DNA from: Marsupella aquatica
Lineage: Eukaryota; Plantae; Marchantiophyta
Direction of reading: 5' to 3'
Assembly: GCA_973895155.1 (NCBI GenBank)
Contig: OZ316898.1
Coordinates: 21,543,305-21,607,304 of the forward strand
Length of the DNA stretch: 64,000 nucleotides
Position 1 is the first letter of the stretch, and every line of letters begins with the position of its first letter. The notes below the pieces were generated by a model, which did not search any database, was not told where the DNA came from, and saw only the letters and a list, made by a program, of their open reading frames with translations. A program made the position numbers and the translations under genes. Of this stretch, positions 40,060 through 48,868 are shown piece after piece.

Positions 40060-41308
40060 TGTGAGCCGCTCAATTAGTGGGTTAAATTAGTTTTAGGTTA
40101 GATTTTTTCTTTTTTGTTCTAAGTAAGCATATTATGCCTGTAAATGAGTGAGAAGTAGAAGTGAAGCTGAAGTAAACTCTCTTCAGTATAGCAGAGTAAG
40201 AAAGTTTCATTAGTTTAAACCACGGTTAACTTAATAGTGGATTAGTGGATTAGATAGGTAATCAGATCCTTAGAGTTTGTAATTTAGGCTGAGATTTTTT
40301 CTGAAGGTTCTAGGCAGGCCCTGGAGAACCCTTGTAAAAGTGCAAGTCATTTCAACCGTTCAATTAGAAGCTATTTATAGTGGAACAAAACTTAAAATAG
40401 CCAACTTGCAGGACCTAGGGAAAATAGCCAGAGAGCAACAAATGTATTTTGAAGGCTAGCCATGGTGTTACTATACCTAACAATATCCCTCAGAATTACT
40501 AAACCTTGTTTTGGACTTATAGATACTTTTTGGGAGTGGTCCAAATTCTGTAAAAGTAGCTATGAAGTATGACGGATTGCAGACTTTGAACAATTATAAA
40601 AAAGCCAAGTTTAGTTATATATCAACTCTAAGAATTGTTTTAGGAAGCCCTAGGGCTAGGAAATCCAGGAGTATGTTCATAATAGTTTTTTTTCCTTATG
40701 AGTGAGTTTTGAGCTATAGGCGAAGATGGCTAATGTTAAATGCCATAAGTAGCACTTAAAGGGAGACTTAAAGGGAGGAAAGTTCTTTGTGCTTACAAAG
40801 GGGTAATTCAGAGAAACGTGGTGGACTCATTTACATCTGTAAAGGGCAGGGTTACAATGTAAAAGAACTAGCTAAGGCCAGGTGTCGAGCCCAGAATTCA
40901 ATAGAGCAAAAATCAAAGTGAAATTGAAGGGAGAATGGAGCTCAACGCTGCAGCTGAATGGAGAGCCAATACTCCACCAAATCAAGTAAGAAGAACTGGG
41001 CTGGAATGCTGGGCTCAAGGAGAATCAGAAGACCTGAACTAGAAGAGGAAATTCTGGAGCACGAATTAAAGGAGAACACATGGAAGGGAAATTAATAGAG
41101 AAGATTGAAATTTCTGAATCAGAGAGAATATTTTACAGAAAGGAGAAGTCATCGACTACTAACAAGGGGGCTCTTCAGGCGAAATCAACTTGCACCTTCC
41201 ATAGGGGAACTTCGAGGTGGCAACAGTGGACAGCTAGAAGACCATTTCCTCAGCTAGGGTGATTGACAAGAAATCTGAGCTGTGGCCCTTAACTTCAGGA
41301 ATTGAATG

Positions 41309-41522
41309 TAGTATCAAGTCCATAGAGATATTTCTGAAATTAGAATGGCTGCTCTTTGGACTCAAGAATTGAATGCAGGATTAGTATCAAGTCCATAGAG
41401 ATATTTCTGAAATTAGAATGGCTGCTCTTTGGACTCAAGAATTGAATGCAGGATTAGTATCAAGTCCATAGAGATATTTCTGAAATTAGAATGGCTGCTC
41501 TTTGGACTCACAAATTGAATGC
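41309..41522. repeat. 73-bp tandem repeat, 3 copies
   Basis: TAGTATCAAGTCCATAGAGATATTTCTGAAATTAGAATGGCTGCTCTTTGGACTCA at 41309, 41382 and 41455. Confidence 0.95.
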
Positions 41523-41538
41523 TACCAAGGTCAACCGA

Positions 41539-41566
41539 CCCTAAACCCTAAACCCTAAACCCTAAA
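41539..41566 (+). repeat. Interstitial telomeric repeat (CCCTAAA)4
   Basis: Four perfect units. Confidence 0.95.
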
Positions 41567-42242
41567 TCGAGAGAAGAACACATGGAAGGGAGATATTTTT
41601 GTAAGAATGGAGGGCTGGTATGAACAGAAGCACCAGCCAGACTTCCTTCAAATAAGCCACGATCCCTTCAAACAAGTTCAGTTCTCTAAGTCCTAGCTTA
41701 GTTCTCTCCTTGCTCCAAACTGAATCAGGCAAACCGAGTTTACACCAGTAACTAAGCCTTGAGATAAGGTTGACCCTAGTTTAAAGTGACAATATCGATG
41801 GGTTCTGCTGAAACCTGAATAAATCGCTTAGTTTAGACTCAATCGGAGTACTTTTAAATGCATTGGAAAGCTATCGACGGTGGCTAGAGGCTGGCACAAG
41901 CTAGGAGGATTGGGAGTTCACTAAGATTCTCTTGGAAGTCAGGTTGTATAACAGTTTGATATTGCCAGCTACTTGAGAGGTTTCGATTGTGGTAAGGCTC
42001 TAAAAGGAGGTCAAGTGGGACTACAATCAAAGTGCATGGCTGATCCAAGAGTTCCTGATCCAAGAGGGCTACCTGATCATCACTTTCCTCCCCTGGTCCA
42101 CAAGGCTAAGTTCACCTTGTGGAGTAAGCATGGGAGAGCTGTAAGTAGTGAGTAATTCCAGAAGTATGAAGAAATTGAAATTTTTAAATTTTTTTACGTT
42201 GTTTAAACTACACTTACTGTTAATATCGGGAAGTTACTTTAG

Positions 42243-42480
42243 TTTACGAGTTTAAGAGTATACTCAGATTACGAGTATACCAGTCTACGGGTTACTCTTT
42301 TACGAGTAAACTGATGGCGAGTAAACTTACTTTACGAGTTTACTAGTTACGGGTAAGCTCCACTTTACGAGTTTACTAGTTACGGGTAAGCGAGTTTACT
42401 AGTTTGCGACAGTATACGAGTTACGAGTATAGTAGTTACGACTTACTAGTTAGGGCATTACGAGTTGTGCCTTACGAGTT
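42243..42480 (+). repeat. TTACGAGT/TTACTAGT motif array upstream of the 800-aa ORF
   Basis: Many clustered TTACGAGT, TTACGGGT and TTACTAGT motifs. Confidence 0.85.
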
Positions 42481-42665
42481 GGCAACCGATGATCGCGACG
42501 TCTTACGGCTACTTTCAACGGGACTTAGCAACGGGATGGCGAGCGCGAATTGAAGGGAAGGGGAATTAGACCTCGAGCGCTCACTCCTGACTTATTTACT
42601 GCCACCTCCATTGTTTCTGCCAGCTCCCCCACTCCTTAGCGCACTCAACATAACGGAGGAGAGCT

Positions 42666-45068
42666 ATGGCGAACCTCGGTATTGATGAACAGTACCGAGT
42701 TGACACTCTGGCAATTCCTAAGAGCATAGTCGCCCGAATTCCACAAGCGCCCGATAGCTATGCAAATTTACGGACTTCCTTACAACAGCTAGGTTTGGAG
42801 CATCTACTTGCCGTCCCTTGGAAAGTAGAGCTCGACACATATTTGCAGGATTTTGTAAAGGGATCAATGCTTGCTCCTGAATGTCAACAAACTATTAGAG
42901 CTCGACCCAGCTTATGGACTGTAGAACAAATTGCTTATGCCTTCCGCTGCCCTTCAGAAGGAGAAGGATTATATTCAAAGAAGAAAGATTTGTCTACACC
43001 CTACTTCTCTGGGATTCGCAATCTCACCAATGGCTGGAATTTGACACAGTGTACTTCTCCAGATTTGAGAGTGCTTCTGGAATTTCTAGTACCCATTTTA
43101 CACCCGAAGAAGCCAACCATCTGTCCAGTGGCTTTGGTGAATACAATTGTAGCCGCACACAGTGGAGCCGTCCAGGTTAATTGGGCCCTGTTAATTTTCA
43201 ATGTGATGAAGGATCAGGTGAGAACCATGAAGGCAGGTAGACCCACTCATCTGCAGGTTTATTTGTCTCAACTCTATCATGCTTATGAATGTTTATATCC
43301 AGAGGAGAGAACGGAGAGAGGGCTGCTCTTGATTGAGTTAGGCATTGAAGAAGGCCTGAGTATGGAAGAACCAGTGGATGCTATTCCCCTGGATTCTCAT
43401 GATCAGAATGTGGATGCTGAGATGGAATTTGAAGATACACCTGCTCATAACTTAGAGCTGGTTCGACACCCCCTGGCTAACATGGTGTATTCACCAAGAG
43501 TTTATACAAGAGAATCTGGAGCTGGCGAAGACAGAGATTTCCCTGAGCAACCAGCCGACGTTGCTGAACTCGTTCTTGCAACTATCAATCTAAGGACCAA
43601 CTCATCCACACCTCCAAAGGCAGAAGCGAATCAACAACTCGTCGATAAGTTGACATCTCTTCTTAGTTGCAGTGATGATGGTCTTTTCGATGCTGTCAAT
43701 GATTTAAGAATGGAAGCTGTCAGTTTGAAGTCACCATTCCCTGATCAGTTAAGCCCTATCAGGATGACCTCTCCTCCAGGAGAGACAACACCAGTGGAAT
43801 ATGTGACTCTCACCCCTGTTACCCAACAGACCTCCTTTCAAGCAGGTGGTGACCTTGTTCCAGTAACAGACAATATTAGCTGTGCAGCTATTGTGGATGA
43901 TCTACTGGAGATACTACAGTGTAACCCTCGGCAGATAGTCACTGTAGTTAGCAACCTGGTGCAGCGATGTCCCACTGCTACCCCTTCTCCTAGTCGAAGT
44001 TTTCCCCCTTACAGCCCTGACTCTAACTATGAACCCACCGAAGGACCGTCCTATCATCAGACACAGTATGAGCATCCTTATGTTCGAAGGGATCTTCCCG
44101 AAGACTCTGATCCGCCCTCAGATGATGACTCTATTAGGTCTTATGAAAATTCTCTTTGGTCATCCCCAAGGCAAGGATTTGAGAATATTGATGTAGCTCT
44201 AAAATCAAATCCAAATCTAGTAGCAGTGATCACCTCGTCTACCCAAACCCCCAGGAATGCTACTATCGCAAGCAGGTACCCTAGACGTCCTGAGTCAGAA
44301 GTACACAGGTATGTCACCACTTGCAAAGTAATGCAGGCCAACAGACCACCGGTTGGAGAGTTCTGGAGATACTACTATCTAAAGAAGACTGAGGCAAGCT
44401 ACATTTTTGATCTTAGGTGTCTTGGAACTTCTAGAGTGGAAATGGCACAATTTGATGAGTTCTGGACTGACTCAATTTACTTTCGGCCTATTCTTGCTAT
44501 GATGCTACTCCAAGGTGATGTAGAGGTAGAGGATCCAGACCTAGTTCTGGCATACTTTGGAAACTTTGCCGCCTATGCCCTAGATTTTGTGATTTCCTTC
44601 CTGATGCAGAGCAAGAAGTCTACTGCTCCACAGCACGATTACATACCACGAGAACCCAAGGTTACCCTTGTTTCAACCAGTACATTGGCTGAGAAACAGA
44701 GGATCTGGAATAATGTCACTTCTCAGACTCTAGCTGAATTCAATCGATATTTCAGAGATGTCAGGTGGAGACTTCGCCCCTTCTATTCCAGGATGCTGAA
44801 TAGTGATGAGTTCCTGTTTCATTATTCCCAAGTGTACGCTGCTACTTGCAACAACTATGATGTGCTCGGGATCTACAGAGAAGCTCTTCGTATAGATTCA
44901 TGTTATTTAATGAAAAGGATGCCCTTGATGTATCCTGAGAGACAACTGAGGTGCCTACCTTACTCAAGAGGATCCCCACGCCAAGCTGAACTGATAGAGG
45001 TTACTCAGAACCGAATTGTTACCCTTGTGGAGTTGCTGGAACCCGACGACATCCGACAGCAAGCTTGA
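42666..45068 (+). CDS. Intact 800-aa retrotransposon accessory protein (N-terminal domain resembling bryophyte LTR-element ORFs, Transposase_32/PMD-like)
   Basis: Uninterrupted ORF. N-terminal motifs LGLEHLLAVPW..TIRARPSLWT..GEGL..LLEFLVPILHPKKPT..VNW..YLSQLYH, then a low-complexity P/S/D/E linker and an aromatic-rich C-terminal domain. No gag, RT or integrase motifs. Confidence 0.8.
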   Translation: MANLGIDEQYRVDTLAIPKSIVARIPQAPDSYANLRTSLQQLGLEHLLAVPWKVELDTYLQDFVKGSMLAPECQQTIRARPSLWTVEQIAYAFRCPSEGEGLYSKKKDLSTPYFSGIRNLTNGWNLTQCTSPDLRVLLEFLVPILHPKKPTICPVALVNTIVAAHSGAVQVNWALLIFNVMKDQVRTMKAGRPTHLQVYLSQLYHAYECLYPEERTERGLLLIELGIEEGLSMEEPVDAIPLDSHDQNVDAEMEFEDTPAHNLELVRHPLANMVYSPRVYTRESGAGEDRDFPEQPADVAELVLATINLRTNSSTPPKAEANQQLVDKLTSLLSCSDDGLFDAVNDLRMEAVSLKSPFPDQLSPIRMTSPPGETTPVEYVTLTPVTQQTSFQAGGDLVPVTDNISCAAIVDDLLEILQCNPRQIVTVVSNLVQRCPTATPSPSRSFPPYSPDSNYEPTEGPSYHQTQYEHPYVRRDLPEDSDPPSDDDSIRSYENSLWSSPRQGFENIDVALKSNPNLVAVITSSTQTPRNATIASRYPRRPESEVHRYVTTCKVMQANRPPVGEFWRYYYLKKTEASYIFDLRCLGTSRVEMAQFDEFWTDSIYFRPILAMMLLQGDVEVEDPDLVLAYFGNFAAYALDFVISFLMQSKKSTAPQHDYIPREPKVTLVSTSTLAEKQRIWNNVTSQTLAEFNRYFRDVRWRLRPFYSRMLNSDEFLFHYSQVYAATCNNYDVLGIYREALRIDSCYLMKRMPLMYPERQLRCLPYSRGSPRQAELIEVTQNRIVTLVELLEPDDIRQQA

Positions 45069-45277
45069 AGAGATCTTTAAGTATTTTTAGTTAACTTTAA
45101 GAGTAGTACATCTTATCTGATTTTTATAAATGTGCTCTAGAGCTTTAAAAGTCATGAAACCTTTTCAGTGTATAGTCTGCACTTAGGAAAGCCTACTGGC
45201 AAAATTTGAGGCTTTTCTGAGCTACGAGTAGGCAGTTAAAAATAGTTGAATTTACCAAGTTTTTACTTATGTTGAAA

Positions 45278-45387
45278 TTACGAGTTACGACTTAGTTAGA
45301 TTTTTACTAGTTAAGAGTTACTAAGTTTCCGATTACGAGTTACGGTAGACAGACAATTACGAGTTAATAGTTTACTAGTTACGAGTT
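45278..45387 (+). repeat. TTACGAGT motif array downstream of the 800-aa ORF
   Basis: TTACGAGTT near 45278, 45333, 45357 and 45379, plus TTACTAGT variants. Confidence 0.85.
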
Positions 45388-46305
45388 CATACTTAGCCAT
45401 TTTTCCGACTTTTCACTTACTGAATCGCCATTTTAACTTTTTGAGGGATATGAAGAGGCATGTCTTTTCGACCCTGTAACCTCTCACTCGACCGATTTTG
45501 ACTATAAGATAGTTCTGCCACTAGTGTAGTGGATGGTTAAGTTTTGCAGTTTTGCCTCTCCCTTGTGTTAAACTAGTTGATCATGAATCTATGAGTTCGA
45601 GATCAGGTTTAACATTTGGAGAGACTTACCTCCTTCTTGTATTTTGGAACCCAAATACTTGAAGTAAAACCTCAGTTATGAATCTCGTGAATTATAATGT
45701 CAGATTCCGCTTTGGTGACACATTGTAATCTCACAAGTTCTTAGAGTTAACTCATTGAGTTTAAGTTGCATTGGAAATGATGTTTTCACCTTCATGTTGC
45801 TTAGTACCATCTAAATGCTGAAGTATTTATCCTTTTAGATCTTGACTAAGTATCACTTAGGAAGAAAGGTCAAGACATGTTGCCGGCATTTTAAAAGGAT
45901 ACTCTAGTATGCAGTTTAGATCTGAAAAGCCGTGTGGATTTGGATTCCCTTAAAGTTATTCCATTATTACTTATGTCTAAGGAGTAACCTTGGTCTATTC
46001 CAGACTCCCTTAGCATACTCTAAGAGATTTTTCCTTGTGTTTCGTTAATTGCAACCTTTTGCTTAATTGATGGTTATATGATGTTGAGTTATCATCAAAA
46101 ACTGCTCACCGCTGTGGAGCGATCTTCAAAATACCTTAGTAAAGTAATCAAATTTGATTACTATGTGTGGAAAACATCTTAATTTCTTTATTATTGTTTA
46201 AAACTATCAAACCAACCCAATCTTGTTCTTTACGGGAACGAATACCGAGTTTGAAGACCTTTAAATGTGTTTTTGGTTCTTCATAGCAAACTACATGAGA
46301 TTTTT

Positions 46306-46323
46306 TGGCGCCGCTGCCGGGGA
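46306..46323 (+). promoter_or_regulatory. Primer binding site, tRNA-Asp type (Athila-like)
   Basis: TGGCGCCGCTGCCGGGGA after a T-run, 10 nt downstream of the inferred LTR end; one mismatch to the familiar Athila PBS TGGCGCCGTTGCCGGGGA. Confidence 0.85.
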
Positions 46324-46418
46324 ACAAATCAAGGATGGTTTGAAGTACAGGCAGTGAATGCCAAAAGGAGGTTAATTCAGTGAATCTGGAATAAACAAAA
46401 GAAAGGTGGAAGTTGACC

Positions 46419-47093
46419 ATGGAACCCCAAGGAGAATGGGAGTTCCCTCCATTACAAATTCGATCTTTCACAATGGAAAATGCACCAGAGGCATTTAGGG
46501 AGAGATTTGGAGGTGAAACTCCTTCCTCAATTTTGGAAAGAAAGAGAAAAGCTAAAGCCAAGAAGGAAAGACGAAATGGGGCTTAGTGGGGGAATATCCT
46601 TCCCAAGAAAGAGATGGTGAGGAAAAGCAGACCTCAGAAAAGAGAAAGAGCCTTGATTAGGTCAAGGGATAATCAAACACACATGATTATCAGTGCCACT
46701 GCAAGAGAGAGAACAACTATTTTGAGAAGGCAGGTGTCCAACATCAGAGGAGGAAGCTACTTTTGGGGTGGCGAATTGGTGAAGGTTGACTCCTGGGACA
46801 CCAATATTTTGTATGATTGTGTATTTGTTTTCAGAAGAGCCCTAGATGGAAGACTGGAATTGATTGAAGCCACTCAAGATGAGGAATTTGATGCCAATTT
46901 TATTCCCCCCTTACTAAAAGAACATGACATTAAGGAGGAAGTATTGGAGGAGGAACTTGAACATCAATTAAGGGAAACGTTGGATAAGTTAAAAGGGAAT
47001 CCATTGTGGAGAAACCAACTTGATTATGTTTTAACAGAGTTTTACCAGAATAATCCCAATTTAATACTTAGGGAGGAAAGACCAGTTATGACC
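46419..47093 (+). pseudogene. First internal ORF of the Athila-like element, one premature stop, truncated by telomeric repeats
   Basis: ATG at 46419 is in frame with ORF 46614..47105 through a single TAG; the frame runs directly into TTTAGGG at 47094. Confidence 0.6.
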
Positions 47094-48868
47094 TTTAGGG
47101 TTTAGGGTTTAGGGTTTAGAGTGTCATCCCCAGTTTTCACATGTGGCATACCAGTTTTTTAAGTACTGGTATGATTATTGAATATTGGGGGTGAGTTTGA
47201 CCCCCAGTTTGTTGTGTGCGCATTTTGGAGGGGCTAGGGGTGGGGGTACCCCGCAATTTTCGGGGTGCGTGTACCAGGGGGCGAGTGCCACCCTACTGTA
47301 GCTTTTGGGGGTGTAACGAGCTGGGGGTGAGGGTGGGGGAGGGGTTCCATGGGGGTTGAGGGTGAGGGTGGCCCCCAGTTTTGGGGGTGCGTGCACATGG
47401 GGGCGTGTGCAACCCTAATTGAGCATTGGGGGTGTAACGAGCTGGGGGTGAGGGTGGGGGAGGGGTTCCATGGGGGTTGAGGGTGAGGGTGGCCCCCAGT
47501 TTTGGGGGTGCGTGCACATGGGGGCGTGTGCAACCCTAATTGAGCATTGGGGGTGTAACGAGCTGGGGGTGAGGGTGGGGGAGGGGTTCCATGGGGGTTG
47601 AGGGTGAGGATGGCCCCCAGTTTTGGGGGTGCGTGCACATGGGGGCCTGTGCAACCCTACTGTAGCATTGGGGGTGTAACGAGCTGGGGGGGAGGGTGGG
47701 GGAGGGGTTCCATGGGGGTTGAGGGTGAGGGTGGCCCCCAGTTTTGGGGGTGCGTGCACATGGGGGCGTGTGCAACCCTAATTGAGCATTGGGGGTGTAA
47801 CGAGCTGGGGGTGAGGGTGGGGGAGGGGTTCCATGGGGGTTGAGGGTGAGGGTGGCCCCCAATTTTGGGGGTGCGTGCACATGGGGGCGTGTGCAACCCT
47901 AATTGAGCATTGGGGGTGTAACGAGCTGGGGGTGAGGGTGGGGGAGGGGTTCCATGGGGGTTGAGGGTGAGGATGGCCCCCAGTTTTGGGGGTGCGTGCA
48001 CATGGGGGCGTGTGCAACCCTAATTGAGCATTGGGGGTGTAACGAGCTGGGGGTGAGGGTGGGGGAGGGGTTCCATGGGGGTTGAGGGTGAGGATGGCCC
48101 CCAGTTTTGGGGGTGCGTGCACATGGGGGCCTGTGCAACCCTACTGTAGCATTGGGGGTGTAACGAGCTGGGGGTGAGGGTGGGGGAGGGGTTCCATGGG
48201 GGTTGAGGGTGAGGGTGGCCCCCAGTTTTGGGGGTGCGTGCACATGGGGGCGTGTGCAACCCTAATTGAGCATTGGGGGTGTAACGAGCTGGGGGTGAGG
48301 GTGGGGGAGGGGTTCCATGGGGGTTGAGGGTGAGGGTGGCCCCCAATTTTGGGGGTGCGTGCACATGGGGGCGTGTGCAACCCTAATTGAGCATTGGGGG
48401 TGTAACGAGCTGGGGGTGAGGGTGGGGGAGGGGTTCCATGGGGGTTGAGGGTGAGGATGGCCCCCAGTTTTGGGGGTGCGTGCACATGGGGGCCTGTGCA
48501 ACCCTACTGTAGCATTGGGGGTGTAACGAGCTGGGGGTGAGGGTGGGGGAGGGGTTCCATGGGGGTTGAGGGTGAGGGTGGCCCCCAGTTTTGGGGGTGC
48601 GTGCACATGGGGGTGAGGGTGGTCAAAATTGGGGGTGAATCACCCCCAATGTATGCATACTAGGAGTGAGTCCACGCTCCTATCGCGACGAGGTGATCAC
48701 AACTAGGGGTACGAGTAGTTGGCTTTTTATGTAATTTTGACTTTTTTAAAGTATTGGTAAAACGTTTCATTTTGGTGGATTTGCGCAAATAGCACGTTTT
48801 GGAACGTTACGTGCTCGCCTAGCACGTTTTTTTGACAAGTTTAGCAAAAAGAAAAAAAAGGGTTAGCG
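47094..48868 (-). mobile_element. T-element terminal unit 1: (TTTAGGG)3-TTTAGAG, stem-loops, expanded 121-bp satellite
   Basis: About 47108-47416 appears identical to 48890-49198 (offset 1782); the same terminus occurs inverted at 13560-13725 plus 20476-20506. Mobility is inferred. Confidence 0.6.
47294..48612. repeat. 121-bp G-rich satellite, about 11 near-identical units
   Basis: The ORF track repeats with a 121-nt period; G-runs are confined to the plus strand. Confidence 0.97.

Larger units (their letters stand above)
40060..47093 (+). mobile_element. Athila-like gypsy LTR retrotransposon, 5' part (putative LTR 40060-46295, PBS, first internal ORF), broken at 47093
   Basis: Starts TGTGAG where the PHD-coding sequence ends; the LTR 3' end matches solo LTR 15319-19065; a PBS follows. 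No pol or 3' LTR is present. Confidence 0.75.

Noticed and set aside
47175-48606. Series of proline-rich (extensin-like) ORFs
   Set aside because: Translations of a 121-bp satellite whose period is not a multiple of three; no evidence of a real gene.
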